DNA from: a virus
Taxonomy: Duplodnaviria; Caudoviricetes
Strand: one strand, 5' to 3'
Virus record (IMG/VR): IMGVR_UViG_3300037313_001869
Location: 352,001-416,000 of that record
Length of the DNA: 64,000 nt
Shown: positions 27,070 to 35,665 of the stretch, piece by piece
How the letters are laid out: each line of letters opens with the position of its first letter
Position numbering within the stretch: position 1 is the stretch's first letter
Translations under genes and position numbers: made by a program
The notes under the pieces: model-generated
Told to the model about the DNA's origin: nothing
Database searches by the model: none
The model's input: only the letters and a program-made list of their open reading frames with translations

Positions 27070-27744
27070 ATGCGAAACGCTCTTCCCGTCAAGCCGGCGG
27101 AGTGGCCCGAGCGGGCCTACAAGCTGGCGTACGTGAGCCCGTCCTGGGGCCCGGAGGGGTCTAGCCGAGACCTCTCGGACCTGATGAAGCTTCCGGTGCC
27201 GAGCCTGCTCCTGCCGCCCGCGGTGGTGCTTCTCTGGGTACCTGGGGGCAAGCTGGAGGAGGGGCTGGATCTGCTCTGGGGGTGGAAGCTCCATTACCGG
27301 GGGGTCGCGTTCGTCTGGGTGAAGACCGACAGCAAGGGGGTACCTCTCGGGGCGCACGGGCCGAGGCCGACGGTCTCTTCGAGGGGGTCAACCGAGCTTG
27401 TGCTGGCGGCCGAGACGGGGCCGGAATACGTGCTCGCGGGATCGACCGAGAAGAGGGGCCGGCCCTTGCCCATCGTGGACGAGACCGTGGGCCAGGTGGT
27501 GATGGCCCCTGTAGGTCCTCGGCCCCCGGAGGTGCGAGCGAGGATCGAGCGCATGTACGGCTCGGCCGTCTCTCGGGTCGAGCTGTTTGCGCCGGGCGAG
27601 GTACCGGGGTGGGACGTATGGGCCCCCGGGGCCGCGGTGGTGGTCTCGGCTCCTTCTCGGGAGGGGGCGGAAGAGAAGCCTGCCCCCCAGGGCGGGACCG
27701 AGAAAGAGGGCTTCGAGCTGGCGATGGGCCTCGACGATGAGTGA
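27070..27744 (+). CDS. MT-A70 family methyltransferase homologue, catalytic motif degenerate
   Basis: LLWV, AFVWVK, STELVL, RVELFA, GWDVW; DPPW replaced by SPSW. Confidence 0.75.
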   Translation: MRNALPVKPAEWPERAYKLAYVSPSWGPEGSSRDLSDLMKLPVPSLLLPPAVVLLWVPGGKLEEGLDLLWGWKLHYRGVAFVWVKTDSKGVPLGAHGPRPTVSSRGSTELVLAAETGPEYVLAGSTEKRGRPLPIVDETVGQVVMAPVGPRPPEVRARIERMYGSAVSRVELFAPGEVPGWDVWAPGAAVVVSAPSREGAEEKPAPQGGTEKEGFELAMGLDDE

Positions 27745-28066
27745 AGAGACCCCGAAGCCCCCGATGCGAAAGGGCGACCGCTACCGGGTGCGGGCTCCGT
27801 ACGGGGGCTGGGCCGAGGGCCAGGTGATGATCGTCTCGGAGGCCCGGGCGTGGGGCGGCTGGCTCGGGGGCTTCCGGGTGCAGCTCATGGGGCAGGAGCA
27901 GCGAGGGGACCTCTTCTTCGAGATCAGCGTCACCTTGAAGACGACCGAGGCCGTGGCGGCGTGGCAGGAGAAATGGGAGCTACTGCCCCGGGCCAAGCGA
28001 AAGAGCCCTTCCCACCGGGCCTACGGGCGAAGGGTCAAGAGCCGCTTCGAGAGGGTGCTCGGGTGA
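27737..28066 (+). CDS. SH3-like hypothetical protein, RF tail
   Basis: ends KSRFERVLG. Confidence 0.7.
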   Translation: MSEETPKPPMRKGDRYRVRAPYGGWAEGQVMIVSEARAWGGWLGGFRVQLMGQEQRGDLFFEISVTLKTTEAVAAWQEKWELLPRAKRKSPSHRAYGRRVKSRFERVLG

Positions 28067-28314
28067 GACTGCCCAGGATGGGCGCTTGCTTTCAGCTCGT
28101 CCGGCCCTTCGGGGGCTGGACGGTGGGCGAGAGGGTCGAGGTCGGCGCCATCAACGACGGCTACGTCTGGCTCTGGACCTACCCCGAGGTTCTCAACCCC
28201 TACGGCCACCGGGACTGGACCGCCTGCGTGCCCCTGAAGGGGTGGCTGAAATGGGTGAAGCCCTGGAGAGAGGTCCCCCTGCCCACCCGGTACGAGCGGG
28301 TGCTCAGCGGGTGA
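28063..28314 (+). CDS. SH3-like hypothetical protein, RY tail
   Basis: ends PTRYERVLSG. Confidence 0.7.
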   Translation: MRLPRMGACFQLVRPFGGWTVGERVEVGAINDGYVWLWTYPEVLNPYGHRDWTACVPLKGWLKWVKPWREVPLPTRYERVLSG

Positions 28315-28492
28315 GGTCGGCCAGGCGCTCGCGGGCGTAGGCCGTGGCCTCCTCCAGGGTAGCCCAGGGCGGCGGCTCCTCCTCGCCCGCGAGCAGCCGG
28401 TCGAGGGTCTCTTGCCAGTCGAGCCGGATCTCCTCGTCCGAGGGGCAGTCGCAGGCGAGGGCGTTGCAGTTGGGGGCGTGGGAGGTCTTCAT
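28304..28492 (-). CDS. hypothetical protein
   Basis: after class I motif. Confidence 0.65.
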   Translation of the reverse strand: MKTSHAPNCNALACDCPSDEEIRLDWQETLDRLLAGEEEPPPWATLEEATAYARERLADLTR

Positions 28493-28501
28493 GGCTAGGG
28501 C

Positions 28502-28948
28502 CTAGACGACCGGGCGCTTCGGCTTTTTCCACACCTTGGGCTGCGCCGCGTACCAGGCCCGGGCCTGGTCGAGCAGCTCGTCGGTGATGACCCGGGTGTC
28601 GTAGATGCTCCGAAGCTCCCGGGCCGTCTCGAAGGTCATCACCTGGTCGGCCCCGTCTCCGAGCTTGAACGTCTCGCCCCCGAGGTCGCAGAGCAGGTCG
28701 TCGTTGTCGTCCTGGTAGAAGCGCGGGCCGACGAGCCTCGCCTCGAAGACCTCGCTTGCGGGCTCGCCGAAGGCCGTGTAGCCCGAGCGCTCCAGGCGGA
28801 CCCCGAGAAGGACCGCCTCCCTCGGGGTGAGCCGGTCGATGCGGGCCAGGAGCGCCTCCAGCACCTTGTGGTTGCCCTTGCGCCAGGCCCGCTCCCATTC
28901 GGCCCCGATGGCGCTCACCAGGTCCTCGACCTTCTCTTCGGGGCTCAC
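28502..28948 (-). CDS. hypothetical protein
   Basis: GTGA overlap; LTPREAVLLG resembles next gene. Confidence 0.7.
   Translation of the reverse strand: MSPEEKVEDLVSAIGAEWERAWRKGNHKVLEALLARIDRLTPREAVLLGVRLERSGYTAFGEPASEVFEARLVGPRFYQDDNDDLLCDLGGETFKLGDGADQVMTFETARELRSIYDTRVITDELLDQARAWYAAQPKVWKKPKRPVV
28504..28530 (-). promoter_or_regulatory. class I promoter-like motif
   Basis: GGAAA-N17-CGTCT in the 3' end of the upstream gene. Confidence 0.7.
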
Positions 28949-29232
28949 GGGCTATCCTCGCCTTCCCGCCCCGCCATCATCTTCGCCCGAAGGTCGGCCG
29001 TCACGGGCTCGAAGATGCGGGCCCGGAGCGCCTGAAGGGCCTCGGGCTTGGCCAGGTGCGACGCCTCCCCCAGGGCGAGGCCGAGGGCGAGGGCCTCGCG
29101 GGGGTCCAGCTTGCCGAGGTCCTCGACGAGGGCGTCCATGCCCTCCTGGTAGTCCGTCTCGTAGGCGTGGTCCCACGAGCGGACGAGGGCGGCGGCCCAC
29201 TCGCGGGGGGCCTCTTGGGTCTTCTTGGGCAT
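28945..29232 (-). CDS. hypothetical protein
   Basis: RBS AAGGAG; LDPREALALG. Confidence 0.75.
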   Translation of the reverse strand: MPKKTQEAPREWAAALVRSWDHAYETDYQEGMDALVEDLGKLDPREALALGLALGEASHLAKPEALQALRARIFEPVTADLRAKMMAGREGEDSP

Positions 29233-29265
29233 GGTTGGCTCTCCTTGGGGTTGGGGGTGGGAAGC

Positions 29266-29502
29266 TCAGCGGGCGGGCTGGACGAGCTGGAACTTGGCCT
29301 CGTCGAGCCTGCCGCCCTCCTGACGGATGCCCACCCAGCCGTCGTGGGTCATGTACTCGGCCACGCCCGCGAAGGCGGCCTCGACCCCGTCGGGCCGGTA
29401 CTCGACCCGCTGGCCGAGGGGGAAGAGCACCGAGCCGCGCGAGGTCTTGCACGAGGTCAGGTTGTGCTGCGAGGCGATGGGCTTGGGGTAGGTCTTTTCC
29501 AT
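29266..29502 (-). CDS. hypothetical protein
   Basis: leader CGTCTCGGAGACACC identical to that of gene 666-944. Confidence 0.7.
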   Translation of the reverse strand: MEKTYPKPIASQHNLTSCKTSRGSVLFPLGQRVEYRPDGVEAAFAGVAEYMTHDGWVGIRQEGGRLDEAKFQLVQPAR

Positions 29503-29544
29503 GGTGTCTCCGAGACGGGGCGAGAGGGCGAACGTTGACAAGGC

Positions 29545-29799
29545 TCAGCTACGAAGGGCCCGGTCCCACACGTCCAGCTCCTCGATGAGCACGCGCGTGG
29601 CTTCCTCGGCCGTGGGCCCCTCGCTGTGGATCGCGTGGGGCTTCTTCCGACGGGAGTTCTTCAGGGTGACCGAGACGGTCATGGACACACCGAGCCGGCT
29701 GATGCACACCATGGGGTCGCCCGCTTGGGCGAGGCCCTCATGGGCCGAGAGGGCGGCTTCGAGCTTCTTGACGTAGGGGAGGATGTCTTCGGGGCGCAT
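29545..29799 (-). CDS. hypothetical protein
   Basis: after class I motif. Confidence 0.7.
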   Translation of the reverse strand: MRPEDILPYVKKLEAALSAHEGLAQAGDPMVCISRLGVSMTVSVTLKNSRRKKPHAIHSEGPTAEEATRVLIEELDVWDRALRS

Positions 29800-29810
29800 G
29801 GTGTTCTCTA

Positions 29811-29837
29811 GGACGCTCGGGGGCCCGGGCTTTTTCC
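29811..29837 (-). promoter_or_regulatory. class I promoter-like motif (CGTCC variant)
   Basis: same 27-nt span. Confidence 0.65.
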
Positions 29838-29887
29838 GAAAGAAAGGGGCCCGCTCGCCCTGCACGAGCGAGGGGCCCCGGGGGCTC

Positions 29888-30523
29888 TCAGGCCGCCTTT
29901 TTGGCGCGGCTCTTCTTGGGGGCCGGGGGCACCGGAACGTGGTTCTTGGCCCCGAGGTTGCGGCTCCGGTCCTGGTAGAGCGCCGTGTCGTGGCGCTTGA
30001 CCTCGAACTCGTTGCCCACGAGGGCGCCGAGCTGACGGGCCGAGAGGGGCAGCTCGTAGCGGCCCTCGACCAGGCTCGCGAAGAACTGCGTGTAGAGGCT
30101 CTTGCGGAACTCGCTCCGGAAGGTCTTGGTGCGGAGCAGGTCCGCGAGGCCCATCTTCTGCCCCGTGGGCAGCTTCAGGAAGACCCGCTGGACCTTCTCC
30201 GGCCAGGTCGGGCAGACCCCGCAGCCCCACACCCACTTCCAGGCGACGCGGTTCGCCACCCACTCTTCCACGCTAAGCCAGTGGGGGAGCACCACCTCGT
30301 TCACCTCGTAGACGTGCCCCTTGGTGAGCATGTCGTTGTCCCACGACACGCAGTAGTTCTCGACCTCCTGGAGGAGCGCCTCGTCCTCGCCCTCGACGAA
30401 GAGGCGGACGGGGTCGGGCGCGGTGGTGATGTTCTCGCCGTTGCGACGGAAGAGCACCTTGTGGGTGACGAGGACGGTGAGCGAGGCGTTGAGGGCGGCG
30501 GCGAGGAAGGAGAGGTTGCTCAT
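29888..30523 (-). CDS. hypothetical protein
   Basis: MSNLSF after class I motif. Confidence 0.8.
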   Translation of the reverse strand: MSNLSFLAAALNASLTVLVTHKVLFRRNGENITTAPDPVRLFVEGEDEALLQEVENYCVSWDNDMLTKGHVYEVNEVVLPHWLSVEEWVANRVAWKWVWGCGVCPTWPEKVQRVFLKLPTGQKMGLADLLRTKTFRSEFRKSLYTQFFASLVEGRYELPLSARQLGALVGNEFEVKRHDTALYQDRSRNLGAKNHVPVPPAPKKSRAKKAA

Positions 30524-30533
30524 GGTGCTCCCG

Positions 30534-30560
30534 AGACGGCTGGGGCCCGACCCTTTTTCC
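30534..30560 (-). promoter_or_regulatory. class I promoter-like motif
   Basis: GGAAA-N17-CGTCT. Confidence 0.75.
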
Positions 30561-30569
30561 GAAAAAGAA

Positions 30570-30866
30570 CTAGGCGACCCGCCTGACCTCGACCCCCGCC
30601 ACGATCCGGCGCTCGCCCACCAGCACGAGACCTGCGACCGCAAGGCTCCTCTCCTCGGCCCCGAGACCGATGGAGTCGAACAGGTCGGAGAGGAGCAGGG
30701 TCACCCCTCCGACTGAGACGGTGACCAGCCGGGCCCAGACCCGTTCGAGCGCCCTCACCTCCTCGTCGGGGTAGGGCGGCCCGGGCAAGAGCCGGTTCCG
30801 GGCCTGGCTGATGGAGTTCGTGAGGGCCCAGAGAAGGGCCCGCCTCTCGACGGGGTCAATGTCCAT
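30570..30866 (-). CDS. hypothetical protein
   Basis: ORF. Confidence 0.65.
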   Translation of the reverse strand: MDIDPVERRALLWALTNSISQARNRLLPGPPYPDEEVRALERVWARLVTVSVGGVTLLLSDLFDSIGLGAEERSLAVAGLVLVGERRIVAGVEVRRVA

Positions 30867-31299
30867 CAGCGCACTCCCTAAAAGCGTTGTAGTTCATCTC
30901 GGCCTCCATGGCCTCGACACGGTAGGCCCGTGCCTGCTCGTGAAGGTGTACCCCAGTGGGCCCCTCCAAAGCCTCGGCCTTCTGCGTTCGGTCCAGGTAG
31001 ACCATGTACGAGCACAGCTCGGGCCCAAGGTGGAACCACTCCCCTCGGTGCCGGTGAGCCTCGAAGCGCTCGTGAAGCTTGCGCTCCTCTCGCTTACCCC
31101 CGGGCACGACCAGCATCAGGTGCAGGGGGAAGGGGTTGCCGATGGCCAGGCTCGCGAGACGCTGCGAGACCACGGCGGCGAACCCGATCTTGACGTAGGG
31201 CCCGCAGACCACCCAGTAGACCCCGGCCTGCGAGCCCGGTACCAGGGGCTTCAGTTGCTCCGCGTACCCGAGGGCCCGCAGCGTTTCGAGTCCGTCCAT
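30856..31299 (-). CDS. T5orf172/MUG113 GIY-YIG-like nuclease domain protein
   Basis: VYWV...VKIGF...RL..L..GNP...E..LH..F...R.RGEWF. Confidence 0.8.
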   Translation of the reverse strand: MDGLETLRALGYAEQLKPLVPGSQAGVYWVVCGPYVKIGFAAVVSQRLASLAIGNPFPLHLMLVVPGGKREERKLHERFEAHRHRGEWFHLGPELCSYMVYLDRTQKAEALEGPTGVHLHEQARAYRVEAMEAEMNYNAFRECADGH

Positions 31300-31304
31300 G
31301 GCCC

Positions 31305-31625
31305 CTACCGTACCCGCCTGACCTCGACATGGCCCGGGCCGAGGAAGCACACCCGGTGGATGGGGAGGGTGAGCAGCTCGACCACGTCCGACTCGCTGAG
31401 GTCGGGGTTCGCCTCGAAGACGCTGGCCAGGGTACAGGGCTCGCCCCCGTCGACCCTGACGAGGTAGAGCTGAGCCAGGACCCTCCGGAGGGCTTCGCGC
31501 CGAGCCACGGCCCTCTTGCCCCCGTTGGGCCGGCGCACGGCCTCGTCCGCCCAGTCGAGGGCGTCCGCTACCGCATCCCGCAAAGCCACCTCTTGCTCTT
31601 CTGTGAGCGTCAGCCTCAGCTCCAT
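31305..31625 (-). CDS. hypothetical protein
   Basis: TGATG overlap. Confidence 0.7.
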   Translation of the reverse strand: MELRLTLTEEQEVALRDAVADALDWADEAVRRPNGGKRAVARREALRRVLAQLYLVRVDGGEPCTLASVFEANPDLSESDVVELLTLPIHRVCFLGPGHVEVRRVR

Positions 31626-31918
31626 CAGCCAAGCCCTCCCTTGCACGTCACCAGCGACGGCCCGCACCTCAGCCCGTCCCGGTGCAGCTCGTCGAGCCCC
31701 CCGGGCATGTGCCCCGCGACCAGCTTCCCGTAGATCCCGTGGTCCCGCCCGATGGCCTCCCCGTCCCGGGGTAGGAAGTAGGCCCGGAGACCGAGGGCCC
31801 GCATTGCCCCAGCAAAGCCCTCGGCGGACTCCTCGTCGCCGAAGGTCATCTGAGCCACCGAAGGCCCGTGGAACAGACCCGACCTCCCCGGCTCGTAGCA
31901 GATCATCACATGCACCAT
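31625..31918 (-). CDS. hypothetical protein
   Basis: TGATG overlap. Confidence 0.65.
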   Translation of the reverse strand: MVHVMICYEPGRSGLFHGPSVAQMTFGDEESAEGFAGAMRALGLRAYFLPRDGEAIGRDHGIYGKLVAGHMPGGLDELHRDGLRCGPSLVTCKGGLG

Positions 31919-32229
31919 CACCCTTCCTCCTCTCCGCATGAGCAGCAGCCCTGGCACTCGCCGCACCCGTCACACGAGGGCGGTACCTCCCCGCAGTTGG
32001 GGCACATACCCCTCTCCCCCTCGGGGCTGACCGCAGCGAGCTTCTCCCCGAGGTCCACGAGCTTGCGGTAGACCCCGACGTAGAACGCCTTCTCGTCCTC
32101 GCTGCCGGCCGCCTCCCGGCCCTTGCGGGTGAACTGCATCGAACGGCCCACCCCCGCCTGGAGGAGCTTCAGCTCTTCCTCGGTCACCCGGAGGGTCAGG
32201 AGCTTCGGTGTCTGTTTGCTTGTGGCCAT
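31918..32229 (-). CDS. hypothetical protein with Cys-rich tail
   Basis: after class I motif. Confidence 0.7.
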   Translation of the reverse strand: MATSKQTPKLLTLRVTEEELKLLQAGVGRSMQFTRKGREAAGSEDEKAFYVGVYRKLVDLGEKLAAVSPEGERGMCPNCGEVPPSCDGCGECQGCCSCGEEEG

Positions 32230-32238
32230 GGATGTCCT

Positions 32239-32265
32239 AGACGAGCGAACGGCCCGTCTTTTTCC
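32239..32265 (-). promoter_or_regulatory. class I promoter-like motif
   Basis: GGAAA-N17-CGTCT. Confidence 0.75.
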
Positions 32266-32275
32266 TGAGAAACCC

Positions 32276-32614
32276 CTACACCACCTTGACGTGGGCGAAC
32301 TCTTTCTCGATGGCCTCGGCCCCCGTGACCAGCTCGCCCAAGAGCCCGTGAAGCAGCTTCATCGTACCCGGGCCCGTGGTCATCCCCACCGTGTAGATGA
32401 CCGCCCGCACCCTCCGGGCCAGCACCGAGACCTCGACGTGCATCCGGTAGCCCCACGCCCGGACCTCCAGCCCCGCCACCCCGCACCGGCCGTACGCCTC
32501 GTAAGCCCCCTCTCCCTGCTTCACCACCGAGAGAGCCCGGCCCATCCGGTCGAGGCTCTCGGCCGCCCGCATCACCACCCGCGCGTCCCCATGTACGATC
32601 TCTTCCAAGGTCAC
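32276..32614 (-). CDS. hypothetical protein
   Basis: RBS GGAGGT. Confidence 0.7.
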   Translation of the reverse strand: MTLEEIVHGDARVVMRAAESLDRMGRALSVVKQGEGAYEAYGRCGVAGLEVRAWGYRMHVEVSVLARRVRAVIYTVGMTTGPGTMKLLHGLLGELVTGAEAIEKEFAHVKVV

Positions 32615-32628
32615 ACCTCCAGGGGGCT

Positions 32629-32655
32629 AGACGATCGGGGGCTCAGGCTTTTTCC
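32629..32655 (-). promoter_or_regulatory. class I promoter-like motif
   Basis: GGAAA-N17-CGTCT. Confidence 0.75.
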
Positions 32656-32660
32656 AAGAA

Positions 32661-32734
32661 AGAAGAGCCCCGGGCGGGCCCGACCTCACCTTTCCAGCCA
32701 CATCAAAAAGAAAGGGCCCGCCCGGGGCTCTTCT
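32661..32734. repeat. perfect 21-bp inverted repeat, 32-nt loop
   Basis: AGAAGAGCCCCGGGCGGGCCC ... GGGCCCGCCCGGGGCTCTTCT. Confidence 0.85.
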
Positions 32735-32930
32735 CCCCCGCTCTTTGGCACGCCAACAGCGCCACGAGAACGGCCCGTCCTGGCCGTTTCCCCGAAAATA
32801 CGATCCCGGTCTCGTCCCGAGGTTCGACGCCTTGGAAGAGATCCTGGCGGGACCATTTCTGCCCGCGAGGCGCCTCGGAGAACCGCGCAACCGCGTTTGG
32901 TTTCCGACCCCCTGGCCCGAGCCTGCCCCC

Positions 32931-33175
32931 ACCAGGGCCCCTGCGGGGCTGGGGGTCTGGGCCTGCTAGGGCTCCCTCTCCCCGGACAGACCAGGGCCCC
33001 TTCGGGGCAGGGTAGGTCGGTGACCTTGGGGGCAGAGCAAGCCCCCACCAGGGCCCCCTTCGGGGGCGAGGGGTAAGGGCCGGCTGGGGCTCCTTCCCTG
33101 GACGGACCAGGGCCCCCTGCGGGGGCCGGGTAGGTCGATGGTCTCTAGGGGGCTCGGTGCTCAGGGGCCCCTTCG
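32931..33175. repeat. about 58-bp periodic hairpin repeat ACCAGGGCCCC(C)T(T/G)CGGGG
   Basis: copies at 32931, 32990, 33047, 33106, partial near 33162. Confidence 0.8.
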
Positions 33176-33367
33176 TTTGGTCCCTACCCACCGTTCTCTC
33201 AGAGAGCGTGAGAGGGTGACGATCAGGGCGTAGGGGAGCACGGCGAACTGGACGGGGGCGAGGGCGATGTTCTCGAAGGGAACGGGGTGCCCGGGGCGCT
33301 TGACGAGGAGGTAGGCGACCGACCACGAGACGGGGCACCAGAGGGCGACGAGGAGGAGAAGGGTCAT
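33161..33367 (-). CDS. small membrane protein
   Basis: hydrophobic ORF. Confidence 0.55.
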   Translation of the reverse strand: MTLLLLVALWCPVSWSVAYLLVKRPGHPVPFENIALAPVQFAVLPYALIVTLSRSLRERWVGTKRRGP

Positions 33368-33412
33368 ACCCCTAGTAGGCGTGGAGGGGGTCAGGTGGCC
33401 GGTCTTTCCCTC

Positions 33413-33640
33413 TCACCTCCCCTTCTTGGGTCTCCTATCCCTGAGGTAGGCGAGGGCTCGTGCGTTCTCACCGTCGAGCGTGGCGTGGACGGACGACTCC
33501 CCTGTGCCGTAGTCGAGGGTGTTGATGTCGCTTCTCGAAGCCAGGGCGAGCAGGAGCGAGAGCCACGCCTTGGTTCTGGGGTTGGTCTCCTCTTCGATGG
33601 CCTTTTCGAGGTCGTCCTTACGGGGCAGGTTCTCGTTCAT
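33413..33640 (-). CDS. hypothetical protein
   Basis: CGGTGTAG upstream. Confidence 0.65.
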   Translation of the reverse strand: MNENLPRKDDLEKAIEEETNPRTKAWLSLLLALASRSDINTLDYGTGESSVHATLDGENARALAYLRDRRPKKGR

Positions 33641-33662
33641 GGTGTAGGTGGGCTACACCGGG

Positions 33663-34076
33663 ATGTGGATCATCATCAAGGCCGAGAGGGTAGGGGAGTC
33701 GAACGACTGCGTGGACCGGGTCTCGGTGGAGTCTGGGGGCCTTGGGCTCTGGCTTGTGCCTGTTGGGGCCCGTTACCGGGTGGGGCGGGCCCCGACGCTC
33801 CGTCCGTTTCGGGAGCTTGACCCTGTGAAGGGGGCTTTGGAGCTTGGGCTCTTGGCTGGTGAGTGGCGGCTTCACTACCAGGTGCAGCGGGAGGGTCGTT
33901 ACCAGGAGGGTCCGGCCATCCACATTGTGGGGGAGGTCATCGAGGGCCGGTCTCTTCTCCGGGTGTCTGGGGCCCACACGGGCTTTTCGGTGGACTTCGA
34001 GATGGGGGGCCCGCTGCCGGTGCTTGGGGAAGCTCGTTCGGGAGTCTCGCGTTACGAAAGGGAGGGCCTTCTCTGA
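33663..34076 (+). CDS. RFDR-tail array protein 1
   Basis: ends SRYEREGLL. Confidence 0.75.
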   Translation: MWIIIKAERVGESNDCVDRVSVESGGLGLWLVPVGARYRVGRAPTLRPFRELDPVKGALELGLLAGEWRLHYQVQREGRYQEGPAIHIVGEVIEGRSLLRVSGAHTGFSVDFEMGGPLPVLGEARSGVSRYEREGLL

Positions 34077-34462
34077 TGCTCATCCGGGTGGTGGGGCGCG
34101 AGAGCATCGAGGTGGACCTTTCGGGGGAGTCTGGGAGGGTGGTGGTGGGGTGCGACCAGGGCTACCAGGTGACGCGGTACGGGGACCGTGTGCAGTGGGG
34201 GTCGATTCACGGGGAAGAGGTCCGCTACGTCCTTTGGGGGCACGGGGCGGGGGCTGTGTACGTCTACGAGCTGACGGGGAAGGTGGGCTGGGGGGTCCCG
34301 TGGCTTCGTATCGAGGGCGGGTGGGAGCGGTCGACGGGTCAGTACCTCGTGGTCGTGGGGCCTCGGGAAGGGGCGCCGCTGCTTCTCCGGCCTGTTTTGG
34401 CGCCTATTCGGGGCGGGGGAGTGGTGGGGGCGCCGCGGTACGAGAGGGATGACGTTCTATGA
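34076..34462 (+). CDS. RFDR-tail array protein 2
   Basis: ends PRYERDDVL. Confidence 0.8.
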   Translation: MLIRVVGRESIEVDLSGESGRVVVGCDQGYQVTRYGDRVQWGSIHGEEVRYVLWGHGAGAVYVYELTGKVGWGVPWLRIEGGWERSTGQYLVVVGPREGAPLLLRPVLAPIRGGGVVGAPRYERDDVL

Positions 34463-34860
34463 GGGTCGAGCTTCGGGCGGGTAACGGTCTCTACGGGCTC
34501 TGGACGGACCCTGACTTGGAAGGGGAGCGTTTGGCCCTCTGGGTGCCGGTGGGGCACACGCTGGTCTCGGGCGATGGGGCTGTGCTACCGCCCTCGGGGC
34601 ACAGGGAGGGGATGCTACGGCACTGGCTCTTCCTCTCCGCTTCGGAGGGGCTGAGGCGCTACCAGATTCGGATCGGGGGCGGGGTGGGCCACCCGGTGGT
34701 GAGCGACCTTACGCTCTTTCTCGAAGAGGGCAGGGCGGTCTTGCGGGTCGAGGGTCTCGGGGGCCGGCTCCCTGTGATGGTCTACCTTCGGGAGGTACCT
34801 ACGGAAGGGGGTAGGGAGGTGATGGGCCCGGCCCGGTTCGAGAGGGACGAGGTTTTGTGA
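34459..34860 (+). CDS. RFDR-tail array protein 3
   Basis: ends PARFERDEVL. Confidence 0.8.
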   Translation: MRVELRAGNGLYGLWTDPDLEGERLALWVPVGHTLVSGDGAVLPPSGHREGMLRHWLFLSASEGLRRYQIRIGGGVGHPVVSDLTLFLEEGRAVLRVEGLGGRLPVMVYLREVPTEGGREVMGPARFERDEVL

Positions 34861-35252
34861 TGCGGGTGACCTTGGCCGGGAAGGACAGGCAGGTACTCGT
34901 GGACGAGGGGTTGTACCCTCACTCGTTCGTGGTCGACGATCCGGTGGGCTACCTCGTCTATCGGGAGGGGGCGGGGCCGCCGCCGGTTCCCTCCTATGCC
35001 GGGGAGACCCGGAGCTACCTCCTTCTCCCGTTCGGGGCTGGCGACCCTTTCGTTTACAAGTTCGAGGTGGCTCCGGGGGTGGCGCTGGCCTTCCTCGACA
35101 GGGTCCGTTTCACAGGGGGGTGGGAAGCTGGGGGCTACATCGTGACGATGAAGGCCCAGGTCGGCCCCTCGTGGCGGTTCCGTTTTGCGTCGGCGCCCCG
35201 GCCGATCGCGCGTGTGGCCGTGGGTCGCTTCGAGAGGGACGAGGTGGTGTAG
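34857..35252 (+). CDS. RFDR-tail array protein 4
   Basis: ends GRFERDEVV. Confidence 0.8.
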   Translation: MMRVTLAGKDRQVLVDEGLYPHSFVVDDPVGYLVYREGAGPPPVPSYAGETRSYLLLPFGAGDPFVYKFEVAPGVALAFLDRVRFTGGWEAGGYIVTMKAQVGPSWRFRFASAPRPIARVAVGRFERDEVV

Positions 35253-35260
35253 AGGACAGG

Positions 35261-35665
35261 GTGCGGATCTCGCTCATCCCGTTCGGCTCGCGGTTCCGGG
35301 TGACGTTTCGCCCGTGGATCGCGGGAGGGGACGTACTCTTTCGCCTGCCTTCGCACCTGGAGCTTCGGCTCATGGGTTCCCTGGTCTTGGACGAGGTCTC
35401 TTCGGGGTCGGGCTTCAGCGTCTACCGGATCTCCCGGGAAGAGCTGGCGAAGGACCACGTCTACGTGGTGAACGAGCCCTACGTGGCGGGGGATCTCCCG
35501 GTCGTCGTGGGGAAGCTCCAGGGGACGTGGCACCCTGATGGCCTTTGGGTCTTGCACCTTGCGGCGGGCGAGGTCGATATCCAGTGGCACGTCCCGTCCG
35601 AGGAATGGACGTGGGAAGAACGGGGGCCGGCGGCGCCGCGGTTCGATCGTGAGGGCCCGCTGTGA
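35261..35665 (+). CDS. RFDR-tail array protein 5
   Basis: ends PRFDREGPL; paralogue of 7. Confidence 0.8.
   Translation: MRISLIPFGSRFRVTFRPWIAGGDVLFRLPSHLELRLMGSLVLDEVSSGSGFSVYRISREELAKDHVYVVNEPYVAGDLPVVVGKLQGTWHPDGLWVLHLAAGEVDIQWHVPSEEWTWEERGPAAPRFDREGPL

Noticed and set aside
32931-33175. Possible mini CRISPR array
   Set aside because: Repeats are only about 19 bp and imperfect, spacers resemble each other in alternation (116-bp period), and no cas genes are present.
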